NCBI GenBank assembly: GCA_017559525.1
Contig: JAFYRI010000012.1
Location: 15,164-79,163, forward strand
Direction: 5' to 3'
Source of the DNA: Alphaproteobacteria bacterium
Lineage (GTDB): Bacteria > Pseudomonadota > Alphaproteobacteria > CAAHEQ01 > UBA3637
Length of the DNA stretch: 64,000 nucleotides
Shown: in pieces, positions 34,693 to 45,887 of the stretch
Layout: every line of letters begins with the position of its first letter
Numbering within the stretch: position 1 is the stretch's first letter
The notes under the pieces: model-generated
Seen by the model: only the letters and a program-made list of their open reading frames with translations
The model's database searches: none
Told to the model about the DNA's origin: nothing
Made by a program: the position numbers and the translations under genes

Positions 34693-35667
34693 CTAACCAC
34701 GTCTACCACGGCGTTTCCTTCTTGGATTTATCGGACGATTATTATTTCGTGGATTTTTCTTGATAGAAGGAGTAGGTGTTGTTTTTGGTCTGTAATCAAT
34801 ATTAGCTGCAATAAATATGTCTTTATACAAATCAGATGCATCAAATTTGATATTAAATTTTCCTAATGTTGCTAAGTGTGCAGAAGTATCTGTTCCTTTT
34901 TTGCAAGAGTTTGCTAAGTGAACTAATGATCTTTTTACAGTATTGCGAGATTTATTAGGGCAACATACAACATATCTATGTGCATTTTCATAATCTTTGT
35001 TTTTTAAACATTTCCATAAGGCAGCATTTCTGAAAACACCATCTTGTCCACGTTGATATGTTAAATCCAAAATCAACATTTGAATAGGGAGAGGTTGGTC
35101 AAATAATTCCATGCCATGTTTACTCAACATTTTATCATGAACTAAATCAACTTTTAATTTAGCTTCTTTGTGTGCTAAATGTTCTGCATCTGCATGAGAA
35201 ATACCTCGATATCCTAATTCATTAGCTAAACGACGACATTCTGATTTGTTTTTTCCTGCAGTTTTATTCATCCAGCTTTTTATTTCTGAAACTGTTAATC
35301 GTCTGCCACTTTTTGTGTATAGAGGCATATCATATAAAGGAATGCTACAGGCAACCATATTTGTGCCAATCCCTACAGTTGGTTTTCCAGCAGAACATCT
35401 GTAGATATAAGGAAAGTATCCTTCTGATAACTCACACATAGGCATCCATGCATTTAACAGACGTGTTCTGAGAAGGTTATATTCAGATGTTTTCTTAAAG
35501 TCAGGTGTGCCACGTAAGTTAGAATCCATTTTAGGTGCATTTGGATGATTTGCCACACTTTGTGTTGATGAAAATACAGGAACATTATCCTCTTGTGTTG
35601 TTGCATTACATGCAATGTTAAAAAATACTGAGCTTAAGATAGCTAAATGTTGTAATGTTTTATTCAT
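34693..35667 (-). CDS. secreted GH24-like lysozyme paralog with an Arg-rich C-terminal tail
   Basis: Signal peptide. SEGYFPYIYRCSAGKPTVGIG core, again Cys at the Asp position. Tail NNRPINPRRKRRGRRG. GGGAG RBS. Confidence 0.55.
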   Translation of the reverse strand: MNKTLQHLAILSSVFFNIACNATTQEDNVPVFSSTQSVANHPNAPKMDSNLRGTPDFKKTSEYNLLRTRLLNAWMPMCELSEGYFPYIYRCSAGKPTVGIGTNMVACSIPLYDMPLYTKSGRRLTVSEIKSWMNKTAGKNKSECRRLANELGYRGISHADAEHLAHKEAKLKVDLVHDKMLSKHGMELFDQPLPIQMLILDLTYQRGQDGVFRNAALWKCLKNKDYENAHRYVVCCPNKSRNTVKRSLVHLANSCKKGTDTSAHLATLGKFNIKFDASDLYKDIFIAANIDYRPKTTPTPSIKKNPRNNNRPINPRRKRRGRRG

Positions 35668-35878
35668 TTGTACTCTCCCAATGTATATCTATAAAAGATT
35701 ATATATTATTTTTGAAAAAAAATCAATGATTTTTATTTAATGCATTGTTTTTAATGGTAAAAATATTTTTTTGTGTGAGGTATTAATAACATATTTTGTG
35801 GGATAAAAAATAAAAATTTGTAAAAACACTTGCAAAATAAAAAAAAGATTTTTAAAATCATCAAAAAAGGAGTGAGAA

Positions 35879-36046
35879 ATGATAGGGCAAGCATTAGAAA
35901 TCACGCTTATTGGCATGGGAACAGTTTTCTTTTTTTTGCTGGTATTAATTTGTGTTTTGAATATTTTACGTATATGTACGGTTAAAGGAAAGCGAGATTT
36001 ATCTAAAATTGCTGCAGCCATTGCATTTATAAAAAGTAAGGAGTAG
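35879..36046 (+). CDS. oadG: oxaloacetate decarboxylase gamma subunit (55 aa, absent from the ORF track)
   Basis: RBS AAAGGAG. MIGQALEITLIGMGTVFFFLLVLI single-TM peptide typical of OadG. Stops 5 nt before oadA. Confidence 0.55.
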   Translation: MIGQALEITLIGMGTVFFFLLVLICVLNILRICTVKGKRDLSKIAAAIAFIKSKE

Positions 36047-36051
36047 GGGAA

Positions 36052-37851
36052 ATGGTCAAAAAGGGTAAAAAGAAAATATCCTATATGTGTACGGCATTTC
36101 GTGATGGATTTCAATCTGTGTTTGGTGCCCGTGTCTTGTCAAAAGATTATATGCCAGTGGTAGCTGAAGCAGTTAAGGCTGGTATGACGAATATTGAAGC
36201 TGGTGGTGGGGCATCATTTCAAGCTGCTTTTTTCTATAACAATGAAAATGCTTTTGATGTAATGGATGAATTTCGCAGGGTTTGTGGTCCAAAAGTGAAT
36301 TTGCAAACGCTTGCACGTGGTGTGAATGTTGTGGCTCTTGATTCTCAAAGTTCTAAGATGATTGATTTGCATGCTAAAATGTTTAAAAAACATGGCATGA
36401 GTACTATTCGGAACTTTGATGCTTTGAATGATCCAAATAACTTAATTTTTAGTGCAAAATGTATTAAAAAAGCCGGATTAAAGCATCAATTATGTGTGTC
36501 TATGATGTCATTGCCTCCGGGATGCGAAGGTGCTCATACACCTGACTTTTATGAAGAAACACTCAAAAAATTTATTAAAGCTAAAATTCCGTTTGATTCG
36601 TTGTGTTTTAAAGACGCTTCCGGTACAACGGTTCCGGCGGTTGTGTACGAAACAATAAGACGTGCCAGAAAATTGGTAGGTGATAAAGTCCCATTGGAAT
36701 TCCATTCGCATGAAACAGCCGGTGCTGGATTGGCTTGTTATATGGCTGCTGTTGATGGTGGTGCCGATATTGTGGATTTATCCTTGGCACCTGTATCCGG
36801 CGGTACATGTCAACCGGATGTGGCAACGATGTGGCATGCTTTACGTGGAACGGATTTTGAATTAGATTGTGATATCGATGCGATTATGCGTGTAGAAGAT
36901 CATCTTAAAGATGCGCTTTCTGATTACTTTATGCCCCCTGAAGCTTTACATGTTGAACCGCAAATTCCTTGGTCCCCAATGCCAGGGGGGGCTTTGACAG
37001 CTAATACGCAAATGCTTAGAGATAACGGCTTGATGGATAAATATGGTGAAATTATTAAGGCGATGGAAGAAGTGGTCCGTAAGGGTGGTTTTGGTACTTC
37101 CGTGACACCGGTATCTCAATTTTATTTCCAACAAGCATTTAACAATGTGATGAGCGGTCCGTGGAATAAAATCGCCGATGGTTATGGTAAAATGGTATTG
37201 GGTTATTTTGGTAAAACACCTGTCGCTCCGGATAAGAAGGTGGTCAAAATTGCCTCTGAACAATTGGGATTAAAGCCAACGACTAAGAGTGTTTTGGAAA
37301 TTAATGATAAGAATGAGAAAAAATCTCGTAAACATTATGAAAATATGTTGAAAGAAGCCGGTTTGCCGATTACAGATGAAAATGTGTTTATTGCGGCTGC
37401 TTGTGGGGATAAGGGAATTACATTCTTACTTGGTAAAGCCAAAGTTGGTGTGCGTTATAAAGAAAAACAAGCATCATCTACACCGAAACAAGATACATAT
37501 AAAATTACAGTATCCGGTGAAACATTTGATGTCAAGTTAAATGGTAATACGGCAACAGTAAATGGTGTAGATTATCAGGTATCACTAGATGATGCTGTGG
37601 CACAAATATCTGCTGTTCCAGCTCAAACCACAGGTGTAGCACAAACAATTAACGCCGGTACACCGGGGACAATTACGCAAGTGCTTGTTAAATCAGGTGA
37701 TGTAGTTAAATCTGGTCAAACATTATGTGTGATTGAAGTGATGAAAATGGAAACAGAGGTCAAGGCTTTGTCTGATGTAACTATTACAAATGTTTTTGCA
37801 ACAAAAGGGGAACAGGTGGTCGCAGGCCAAAAACTGTTTGAGGTCAAATGA
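36052..37851 (+). CDS. oadA: oxaloacetate decarboxylase alpha subunit (carboxyltransferase plus biotin carrier domain)
   Basis: N-terminal pyruvate-carboxyltransferase TIM-barrel domain. C-terminal biotinyl domain with [12 protein letters not shown] (AMKM biotin attachment motif). Confidence 0.85.
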   Translation: MVKKGKKKISYMCTAFRDGFQSVFGARVLSKDYMPVVAEAVKAGMTNIEAGGGASFQAAFFYNNENAFDVMDEFRRVCGPKVNLQTLARGVNVVALDSQSSKMIDLHAKMFKKHGMSTIRNFDALNDPNNLIFSAKCIKKAGLKHQLCVSMMSLPPGCEGAHTPDFYEETLKKFIKAKIPFDSLCFKDASGTTVPAVVYETIRRARKLVGDKVPLEFHSHETAGAGLACYMAAVDGGADIVDLSLAPVSGGTCQPDVATMWHALRGTDFELDCDIDAIMRVEDHLKDALSDYFMPPEALHVEPQIPWSPMPGGALTANTQMLRDNGLMDKYGEIIKAMEEVVRKGGFGTSVTPVSQFYFQQAFNNVMSGPWNKIADGYGKMVLGYFGKTPVAPDKKVVKIASEQLGLKPTTKSVLEINDKNEKKSRKHYENMLKEAGLPITDENVFIAAACGDKGITFLLGKAKVGVRYKEKQASSTPKQDTYKITVSGETFDVKLNGNTATVNGVDYQVSLDDAVAQISAVPAQTTGVAQTINAGTPGTITQVLVKSGDVVKSGQTLCVIEVMKMETEVKALSDVTITNVFATKGEQVVAGQKLFEVK

Positions 37852-39101
37852 GTAAAGCCAGAGAATTATTACAATGGACGTTATATGCATTAGGTCTTTG
37901 TGCCGTTGCATTTATATTATCCTACTTTATACCGTCAATTGGTTCTGTTATGAAACAAACTGGAGTGTACCAATTATTTACTCCAATAACGCCTAAAGGA
38001 TTAATTTTGCCTCTTGGGTTTGGTCAAATCATTATGATTGGCATTTGTTTGGTGTTGTTGTATTTGGGGATTGTTAAAAAGTTTGAACCATTATTACTGT
38101 TGCCGATTGCATTTGGTGGTATTTTATCTAATGTACCAGGAACGGGATTAACGGAACCTGGTGGACTTTTGTATGTTTTATATCATATGGGTATTGAAAA
38201 TGGCTTATTTCCCTTGTTGATTTTTATGGGAGTAGGGGCCATGATTGATTTTGGTCCAATGCTTGCTAATCCTAAGACCGCATTGCTCGGTGGGGCAGCT
38301 CAATTTGCGATTTTTGGAACTTTTTTGGGGGCAGTTACATTAAGTAAGTATATTCCATTTTTAGATTTGTCTTTGCCACAAGCCGCGTCTATTGCTATTA
38401 TCGGCGGAGCTGATGGCCCAACATCTATTTTCTTGGCTTCGAAATTGGCTCCTGAATTGCTTGGGGCGATTGCAGTTGCTGCTTATTCCTATATGGCATT
38501 GGTACCAGTTATTCAACCGCCAATTATGCGTGCTTGTACAACGAAACAAGAACGTCTTATTGAAATGCAACAATTGCGTAGTGTATCCAAAAAGGAAAAA
38601 ATTATTTTACCAATTGTTGTGGTTTTGCTAACGGCTTTATTTGTGCCAATGGCATTGCCGTTGGTGGGGATGTTGATGTTCGGTAATTTGTTAAAAGAAT
38701 CTGGTGTGGCAGATAGATTGGCCGATACAGCTGCGAATAGTCTTATTAACATTGTTACAATCGTATTAGGATTATCTGTTGGATCAAAAATGTCTGCTGA
38801 GTTATTTTTAACATCCACGACTTTAGCTGTGTTATTCTTGGGGGTTATAGCTTTTAGTATTGGTACGGCAAGTGGTGTGTTGATGGCAAAATTGTTGAAC
38901 TTATTGCCTGGTGCAAAAATTAATCCGTTGATTGGTTCAGCTGGTGTTTCAGCCATTCCAATGGCAGCTCGCGTATCTCATAAATTAGGTCAAGAAGAAA
39001 ATCCAAATAATCATTTGTTAATGCATGCAATGGGGGCAAATGTATCAGGCTCTTTGGGGTCTGCCATTGCCGCCGGTATTTTGCTTGCTTTATGTAGTTA
39101 G
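37848..39101 (+). CDS. oadB: oxaloacetate decarboxylase beta subunit (Na+ pump)
   Basis: Polytopic membrane protein, OadB/GcdB/MmdB family. Start overlaps the oadA stop. Confidence 0.85.
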   Translation: MSKARELLQWTLYALGLCAVAFILSYFIPSIGSVMKQTGVYQLFTPITPKGLILPLGFGQIIMIGICLVLLYLGIVKKFEPLLLLPIAFGGILSNVPGTGLTEPGGLLYVLYHMGIENGLFPLLIFMGVGAMIDFGPMLANPKTALLGGAAQFAIFGTFLGAVTLSKYIPFLDLSLPQAASIAIIGGADGPTSIFLASKLAPELLGAIAVAAYSYMALVPVIQPPIMRACTTKQERLIEMQQLRSVSKKEKIILPIVVVLLTALFVPMALPLVGMLMFGNLLKESGVADRLADTAANSLINIVTIVLGLSVGSKMSAELFLTSTTLAVLFLGVIAFSIGTASGVLMAKLLNLLPGAKINPLIGSAGVSAIPMAARVSHKLGQEENPNNHLLMHAMGANVSGSLGSAIAAGILLALCS

Positions 39102-39111
39102 GAGAAAAAAA

Positions 39112-39786
39112 ATGATAGAAAATTTAGAGGAAATTGTTGATAGATTAGATAATTTAAATGCTATGGAACGTTATAAGGAAGTGCAGGCTGAAGCCAATTC
39201 TTTATTAGTCGAGGCCCCTCAAGAGGCAGCACTATGGGTAGTAAAAGGAAATGCCGAATATGGATTGGGTAATTTTATTCAAGCGGCAAATGATTTTTCT
39301 AAAGCCATTGCTTTAAACCCGGATGATGTTGGGGCTCGCTCGAATTACGCTTTGGTATTGTGTGTTCTAGAACGTTATGTGGATGGCTTAAATGCATGTG
39401 ATGGTGCTTTGTATATAGATGATAGTTGTGCGCCAGCTTGTATTAATGCAGCTCATTGTTTGGAGGCTTTAGGACACGGTGAATTAGCTTTGGAATATTT
39501 GGAAAAAGCTGTTCGTAAAAATGAATATGATGGTAACATAATTGCCGATGTTGCAGATGTAATGTCTCATTATGGATATTATGAAGCTGCCAAAAATGCA
39601 TACATGAATGCTGCAAAGTTAAATGTGCCAAGTGATATTCATGGGCGTATAGCTGATTTCTTTGCAGATGCCCGTAGTCGGGGTATTGACAAGGTGCGTA
39701 TTCATAGCGATGTAAATAATTGGCGGACAGAATTTGAAAAACATCCAGATGTTTTTGATTTAGCTGCTTCATTATTGAAAGAGTAG
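39112..39786 (+). CDS. TPR repeat protein
   Basis: Start at MIENLEE after AGGAG. Several TPR units (WVVKGNAEYGLGNFIQAANDFSKAIALNPDD ...). Confidence 0.6.
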   Translation: MIENLEEIVDRLDNLNAMERYKEVQAEANSLLVEAPQEAALWVVKGNAEYGLGNFIQAANDFSKAIALNPDDVGARSNYALVLCVLERYVDGLNACDGALYIDDSCAPACINAAHCLEALGHGELALEYLEKAVRKNEYDGNIIADVADVMSHYGYYEAAKNAYMNAAKLNVPSDIHGRIADFFADARSRGIDKVRIHSDVNNWRTEFEKHPDVFDLAASLLKE

Positions 39787-39999
39787 ATTTTTCTATTCGT
39801 GTTAAAAGGGTCGGCTTTAATGGCTGACCTTTTTTGTATTTTTAAATGAAATCAATAACCTGTCATGAATGGTTTGAAATGGTGATTTTTTTTTGAAAAA
39901 AAACATATAAAAATGTAAAAAAAAGCTTTATTTTTTGTAAAAAAAAAGGTAATCTGCTAAAGAATGATTTTTTTAACATTATAGATAAAGGAGTATATT

Positions 40000-40473
40000 A
40001 TGGCAGGTAGCATTAATAAAGTCATTTTAGTTGGTAATTTGGGTCGTGATCCGGAAATTCGTCACACAAATGCTGGTCAAAAAATCGTGCATTTAACTGT
40101 GGCAACATCTGATTCATGGAAAGATAAGTCCGGCGAACGTCAAGAACGAACAGAATGGCATCGTGTTGTTGTATTCAACACAAATTTAGCTGACTTTGCC
40201 GAACGTTTTTTGCGTAAAGGATCTAAGGTATATATTGAAGGTGCTTTGCAAACACGTAAATATACAGATGCTTCTGGTCAAGAAAAATTCACAACCGAAA
40301 TCGTTTTAGGTGCTTACCGTGGTGAACTTGTTATCTTGGATAATAAAACATCTGGCAGCGCTGGTATGGGCGATATAATGGGTGGCGGTGCATCTATGGA
40401 TTCTGCTGCTGCAACAGGTTGGGATTCTGCGCCATCCGCTGGTGACGGTTTTGATGATGAAATTCCGTTTTAA
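40000..40473 (+). CDS. ssb: single-stranded DNA-binding protein
   Basis: OB-fold N-terminus INKVILVGNLGRDPE...TEWHRVVVF. Gly-rich linker. Acidic tail DDEIPF. Confidence 0.9.
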   Translation: MAGSINKVILVGNLGRDPEIRHTNAGQKIVHLTVATSDSWKDKSGERQERTEWHRVVVFNTNLADFAERFLRKGSKVYIEGALQTRKYTDASGQEKFTTEIVLGAYRGELVILDNKTSGSAGMGDIMGGGASMDSAAATGWDSAPSAGDGFDDEIPF

Positions 40474-40526
40474 TTTTTGATTTTTTTTATAGTCCGCTTA
40501 GATAACTTGTTAAGTTTAGGTGAAAA

Positions 40527-43346
40527 ATGAATATGATGAATGATACAGCCTTAACCACTGGGGTTGTGGATACCGTTCCGGTATTAATTGAAGATGAAAT
40601 GCGCAGATCCTATTTGGATTATGCGATGAGCGTAATTGTTTCTCGTGCTCTTCCAGATGTACGAGATGGTTTGAAGCCGGTACACAGACGTATTTTGTTC
40701 TCAATGTATGAAAACGGATATGATTATAATAAGCCATTCCGTAAATCTGCTCGTATCGTTGGAGATGTTATGGGTAAATACCATCCGCATGGTGACAGCT
40801 CAATTTACGAGGCTATGGTTCGTATGGCACAGCCTTTCTCAATGCGTGTGCCACTTATTAGCCCACAAGGTAACTTCGGTTCTATGGATGGTGATAAAGC
40901 TGCTGCTATGCGTTATACTGAGGCTAGATTGGCTCAAACGGCTCATTGGTTGATTGAAGATATTGATCGTGATACGGTTGATTTCCATCCAAACTATGAT
41001 GAAACATGTCAAGAACCGGCCGTATTGCCAGCCAGATTCCCGAACTTGCTTGTGAATGGTTCTGGTGGTATTGCTGTTGGTATGGCCACAAACATTCCAC
41101 CTCATAACTTAAACGAAGTTGTTCGTGCTTGTATCGCAACTATTGATAATCCGGATATTACGTTGGATGAGTTAATTGATATTGTGCCGGCTCCCGATTT
41201 CCCAACAGGTGGGTTGATTTTGGGGCGCGGTGGTGCTAGAAGTGGTTATCAAACAGGTCGTGGTTCCGTCATTATGCGTGCTCGTTGCACGATTGAAGAA
41301 GTGCATAAAGACAAAATGGCCATTATTGTTCACGAAATTCCATATCAAGTGAACAAAGCGGCTATGATTGTTCGTATTGCCGATTTGGTTAAGGAAAAAG
41401 TCATTGAAGGTATTTCCGATTTACGCGATGAATCCGACCGTCAAGGTGTACGTGTTGTTATTGAATTAAAACGTGATGCACATCCAGAAGTTATTTTGAA
41501 CCAATTATATAAATATACACCCTTGCAAACCAGCTTTGGTATGAATATGTTGGCTCTTAATAACGGTCGTCCAGAGCTCATGAATTTAAAACAAATCATT
41601 GACGCATTTATTGCTTTCCGTGAAGAAGTTGTTCGTCGCCGTACGGTTTATGAACTCAATAAAGCTCGTGATAGAGCTCACGTCTTAGTTGGTTTGGCGA
41701 TTTCTGTGGCCAACTTAGATCAAGTTATTGAAATGATTAAAACAGCTCCGGATCCACAAACGGCTAAATCCAGATTGATGGAAACAAGATGGCAAGCTAA
41801 GGATGTAGAGGATTTAATTTTGCTTATTGATGAACCAGATCGTAAGGTTGAAAATGGCATTTATATGTTATCCGAAACACAAGCCAAAGCCATTTTGGAT
41901 TTAAAACTCAACCGTTTGACTGGTTTAGAACGTGATAAAATTCATGATGAAGTTGGTGAATTGGCTGCTTTGATTAAGGGCTATTTGGATACACTTGCTT
42001 CTCGTGAACGTATTTATGCTATCATTCGTGAAGAATTAGAACTTGTTAATGTTCAATTCCCAACTCCACGTTTAACAACAATTGCTGATGGTGAATTTGA
42101 TCAAGATGATGAAGATTTAATTCCACGTGAACAAATGGTTGTCACTGTGACAAATACGGGTTACATTAAACGTGTGCCACTTAATACCTACCGTGCACAA
42201 CATCGTGGTGGCAAAGGGCGTTCCGGTATGTCCACACGTGAAGAAGATCAAGTATCTCAATTGTTTGTGTCTTGCACACACTCACCATTGTTGTTCTTCT
42301 CAACACGTGGTATTGTGTATAAAATTAAAACATACCGTTTGCCGGAAGGATCTCCACAATCACTCGGTAAGGCATTGATTAACTTGTTGCCATTACAACA
42401 AGGCGAAAAAATTACAACAATTTTGACATTACCAGAAAAAGCCGAAGAATGTGAAAACCAAACAGTGATGTTTGCAACGGCTTCGGGTGGTGTACGTCGT
42501 AACCGTTTAAGTGATTTCTGGAACGTTAATGCAAATGGTAAAATTGCCATGAAATTGGACGAAGGAGATGTCTTAATCGGTGTTGAAATTTGTACTGAAG
42601 ATGATGATATCTTGTTGTCTGCTGCTGGTGGTAAATGTGTTCGTTTCCCAGCTGCTGATGTACGGGTATTTGAATCTCGTGCCTCAACGGGTGTTCGTGG
42701 TATGAAATTAGCCGATGGCGATAAAGTGATTTCAATGTCTGTACTTGACCACGTCAAAGCCGATATTGAAAAACGTGATGCTTACTTGAAAGAAGCTGTT
42801 GCTCGTCGTCGTTTGGCTGGATCTGCCGATGAAACAGATGCAGTTGAAACAGAAACAGTTACAAACACAACTTTAACAGCCGAAGAATTTGAAAAAATGG
42901 CTGCCGAAGAACAATTTGTATTGACCATTACGGAAAAAGGTTATGGTAAACGGTCTTCTGCTTATGAATATCGTATTACATCCCGTGGTACTCAAGGTGT
43001 AACAAACATCAAAACGGATGATGATAAACGTAAAGCAAATGTTGTTGCTTCAATGCCTGTCCCACATGCTTCTCATATTATGTTGGTAACGGATGCGGGG
43101 AAACTCATTCGTATGCGTACGGACGATATTCGCATTGCTGGTCGTTCTACAATGGGTGTCATTTTGTTCCGTTTGGATAAAAATGAAAAGGTTGTATCCG
43201 CTACATGTATTACGGATTTAGGTGAAGAGGAAAATGAAACCGAAAATCAAACACTTGAAAATGCATGTGAAACAGGAGCCGTTTCGGAAGAAGCAATTGA
43301 GCAAGCTATTCAAAACGAAGCCGGTCAACCACAAGTAGAACAATAA
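40527..43346 (+). CDS. gyrA: DNA gyrase subunit A
   Basis: [17 protein letters not shown]. Active-site region [10 protein letters not shown]. GyrA-box and beta-pinwheel repeats. Acidic C-terminal tail. Confidence 0.95.
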   Translation: MNMMNDTALTTGVVDTVPVLIEDEMRRSYLDYAMSVIVSRALPDVRDGLKPVHRRILFSMYENGYDYNKPFRKSARIVGDVMGKYHPHGDSSIYEAMVRMAQPFSMRVPLISPQGNFGSMDGDKAAAMRYTEARLAQTAHWLIEDIDRDTVDFHPNYDETCQEPAVLPARFPNLLVNGSGGIAVGMATNIPPHNLNEVVRACIATIDNPDITLDELIDIVPAPDFPTGGLILGRGGARSGYQTGRGSVIMRARCTIEEVHKDKMAIIVHEIPYQVNKAAMIVRIADLVKEKVIEGISDLRDESDRQGVRVVIELKRDAHPEVILNQLYKYTPLQTSFGMNMLALNNGRPELMNLKQIIDAFIAFREEVVRRRTVYELNKARDRAHVLVGLAISVANLDQVIEMIKTAPDPQTAKSRLMETRWQAKDVEDLILLIDEPDRKVENGIYMLSETQAKAILDLKLNRLTGLERDKIHDEVGELAALIKGYLDTLASRERIYAIIREELELVNVQFPTPRLTTIADGEFDQDDEDLIPREQMVVTVTNTGYIKRVPLNTYRAQHRGGKGRSGMSTREEDQVSQLFVSCTHSPLLFFSTRGIVYKIKTYRLPEGSPQSLGKALINLLPLQQGEKITTILTLPEKAEECENQTVMFATASGGVRRNRLSDFWNVNANGKIAMKLDEGDVLIGVEICTEDDDILLSAAGGKCVRFPAADVRVFESRASTGVRGMKLADGDKVISMSVLDHVKADIEKRDAYLKEAVARRRLAGSADETDAVETETVTNTTLTAEEFEKMAAEEQFVLTITEKGYGKRSSAYEYRITSRGTQGVTNIKTDDDKRKANVVASMPVPHASHIMLVTDAGKLIRMRTDDIRIAGRSTMGVILFRLDKNEKVVSATCITDLGEEENETENQTLENACETGAVSEEAIEQAIQNEAGQPQVEQ

Positions 43347-43398
43347 TTGACAGGATAGGGAGGGCTATCATGCCCCCCTTTTTTTCTATGAGGTAGAT

Positions 43399-44913
43399 AT
43401 GAAACAATTTTTGAAAAATATAGTTTTCTTAAGCATGATGATATGTCCGATTGTTTCATATGCCTCTTGTCCAGCGGATAAGCCAATACAAACTTTATCT
43501 GGGTGCAAATCTTGTGATGCACCGCAAGCTCTTTTGCAAGTTAAATGTATTACCTGTGGTGATAAGGATATAGATATATTAGAGGTCTGTCCAAATCGGC
43601 AAAGAAAAGGTATCACGACAATTTTAAAGGAATGTCCCTCAGATAAACCTCATCGAACATCAGAAGGGGATTGTTATGCTTGCTCTGATGAAAGTTACTT
43701 TTTTGTTAAGAAAGATTATAAAAATCCTTGTCCTAACAGAACGATACGTAAGGAGGGAGAAAGCTATATTTCTGGTTTAATTTGTTCGGATGATAAACCA
43801 ATATATAGTTTTGGAAAATGTTATGCTTGCTCTGAAGAAAAAGAGTTGTATATTCTAGATAATAATAAAAATCCTTGTTCAAATAGAACGATACATAAGA
43901 AGGGAGAAAGTTATATTTCTGTTTTGAATTGTCCTGATGATAAGCCTTTGTATTCGAAAGGAAAATGTTATGCTTGTGATACCACAAAAACATTAACGGT
44001 ATCTTCTGATATACCTTCTGATATTTGTCCTAATAGACGCGTGGAATTTGGTGAGTCTAAATTTGAATGTCCAATAGATAAACCTTTAAGAGATGCACAG
44101 GATAATTGTTATTCTTGCCTTGAGCCGAATGATATTATGTCACCTAAAAAGGATTCATGTCCAAATCGTAAAATAGAAACGAGAGTAGTTGATGGTTTAA
44201 ACAGAGAAAAGTATTCTGTTTTGGTTTGTCCAACACTGGATAAACCATTAAAAGATGATTTGGGACAATGTCATGCTTGTGATGAAGAAAGTGTGATCAA
44301 AGTTTCTATACACGAATGCCGAAAGGCTTGTCCAAATAGGGTGACAGATAAAGCAGAATATTGTTTGTCTTCATGCCCATCTGATAAACCACAAGTGGAT
44401 CGCAATGGTTTTTGTCATTCTTGTGATGATGTATCGGTTATTGTTATGAAAGAAGGTCAAGAGCATGTTTGTTCCAATAGACAAATGATGAAAGAGTATA
44501 AAGACTATATTTCTTCTCAGATTTGTCCATCGGATAAACCGATTTATGATAAAAATATAAGATGTCATACTTGTATGCCAGATTTATTAGATCATGGATT
44601 TATTCCGTTGAATCCAACTGATTGCACTAAGTTATGTCCAAATAATCATTTGGTTAATGGGATTTGTTCTCCATGTCCCGAAGGACAATTTTGGGTAGAT
44701 CATATGGAACGAAATTTAAACGATCCTTTATCAAGAGAGGAGGTTAAGGCTTGTGTTTCATGTGAGGATGAAAGATATGTATATGATGGTATTTTGGATA
44801 TGGCAAAACGACTGTGTCCCAATCGTATGGATATAAGTACTTGGGGTGGTACATACAGTGCCAATAAAAGTATTGTAAATAAAATTAAATCAATATTTAG
44901 TATTTTTTATTGA
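43399..44913 (+). CDS. secreted Cys-rich tandem-repeat protein (8-9 modules of CP.DKP...C..C...CPNR)
   Basis: Signal peptide. Repeated CP[SAD]DKP-x6-8-C-x2-C modules alternate with CPNR[TKVQ] modules. Near-identical 120-bp DNA repeats sit at about 43721-43850 and 43868-43990. Confidence 0.6.
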   Translation: MKQFLKNIVFLSMMICPIVSYASCPADKPIQTLSGCKSCDAPQALLQVKCITCGDKDIDILEVCPNRQRKGITTILKECPSDKPHRTSEGDCYACSDESYFFVKKDYKNPCPNRTIRKEGESYISGLICSDDKPIYSFGKCYACSEEKELYILDNNKNPCSNRTIHKKGESYISVLNCPDDKPLYSKGKCYACDTTKTLTVSSDIPSDICPNRRVEFGESKFECPIDKPLRDAQDNCYSCLEPNDIMSPKKDSCPNRKIETRVVDGLNREKYSVLVCPTLDKPLKDDLGQCHACDEESVIKVSIHECRKACPNRVTDKAEYCLSSCPSDKPQVDRNGFCHSCDDVSVIVMKEGQEHVCSNRQMMKEYKDYISSQICPSDKPIYDKNIRCHTCMPDLLDHGFIPLNPTDCTKLCPNNHLVNGICSPCPEGQFWVDHMERNLNDPLSREEVKACVSCEDERYVYDGILDMAKRLCPNRMDISTWGGTYSANKSIVNKIKSIFSIFY

Positions 44914-45039
44914 TTGCTCAAAATAGTGGGATTATATTTGTTTCTTTTTAAAAGGAGTCTTTTAAACGTATTAATTTTTCTATTGACTATTACAAAAAAT
45001 AATCTTAAAAGAAATAAATAAAAAATAAAGGGGAAAATT

Positions 45040-45222
45040 ATGTGTCCGTGTCCGATATGTGCAACAATAGCCTTACTTTTATTGCCGTTTGCTGGCTATA
45101 AATGGGCAAAGAAATTTATGAAACGCCACCATTGTTCGTGTGATAGATGTCAAACAGCCGAACATGAACAAAGTGTGCAAAATCATACTAAGTGCCATTG
45201 TAATAAATGTGCACATCATTAG
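45040..45222 (+). CDS. small Cys/His-rich membrane-anchored protein (60 aa)
   Basis: RBS AAAGGGGAAAA. 10 Cys and 7 His including CPCPIC, HHCSCDRC and CHCNKCAHH. One hydrophobic helix. Confidence 0.4.
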   Translation: MCPCPICATIALLLLPFAGYKWAKKFMKRHHCSCDRCQTAEHEQSVQNHTKCHCNKCAHH

Positions 45223-45240
45223 AAAAGTAAAGGAGGAAAT

Positions 45241-45789
45241 ATGAAATACTTTTCAAAGGTCTTAATGGCTGTTTTATTATTTTTTACAACAACTGCAGGA
45301 GCTCAAACAATGACAGATAAAGAAAATACACTTTTAATGGATTTAGATTACGGTCAAGTTGTAATTCAATTAGATCCGACAATTGCGCCAAACCATGTCG
45401 CCAGAATTAAAGAGTTAACACGTCAAGGATTTTATAATGGCGTTAAATTCCACCGTGTAATTCCTGGTTTTATGGCTCAAACAGGTGATCCAACCGGCAC
45501 AGGTATGGGGGGCAGTGGTAAAAACTTAAAAGCCGAATTTAATCGCAAACCACACGTTCGCGGTACTGTTTCTATGGCCAGAGCAGGGCACCCAGATTCT
45601 GCGGATAGCCAATTCTTCATTTGCTTTGATGATGCAAGATTTTTGGATGGTCAATACACAGCGTTTGGTGAAGTCGTATCCGGTATGGAATTTGTTGATA
45701 TGATCAAGGCAGGTACATCTGCTAATAACGGTAAAGTCGCTAATCCGGACGTGATTGTCAAAATGCAAGTTGCTTCCGATGTGAAGTAA
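45241..45789 (+). CDS. periplasmic cyclophilin-type peptidyl-prolyl cis-trans isomerase
   Basis: Signal peptide. FHRVIPGFMAQTGDPTGTGMGG cyclophilin signature. RBS AAGGAGG. Confidence 0.85.
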   Translation: MKYFSKVLMAVLLFFTTTAGAQTMTDKENTLLMDLDYGQVVIQLDPTIAPNHVARIKELTRQGFYNGVKFHRVIPGFMAQTGDPTGTGMGGSGKNLKAEFNRKPHVRGTVSMARAGHPDSADSQFFICFDDARFLDGQYTAFGEVVSGMEFVDMIKAGTSANNGKVANPDVIVKMQVASDVK

Positions 45790-45887
45790 TTTTCTGAAAA
45801 TATTCTTAAATCAGTCTTTTGTGTGTAATACGGAAGGCTGATTTTTTTATTCTTGAAAAGGTTCATTTTTTATCCCATATATATCCT

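Noticed and set aside
35737-36114. 125-aa minus-strand ORF
   Set aside because: It overlaps the oadG gene and the oadA start on the opposite strand. The + strand has a proper RBS and operon structure.
39025-39111. Upstream extension of the TPR gene overlapping the 3' end of oadB
   Set aside because: An internal ATG at 39112 is preceded by AGGAG and avoids an 80-nt overlap, so the shorter gene is preferred.
40708-42757. ORFs antisense to or out of frame within gyrA (40708..40953, 40839..41139, 42257..42757)
   Set aside because: They are fully contained in the gyrA coding sequence, which has unmistakable family signatures.
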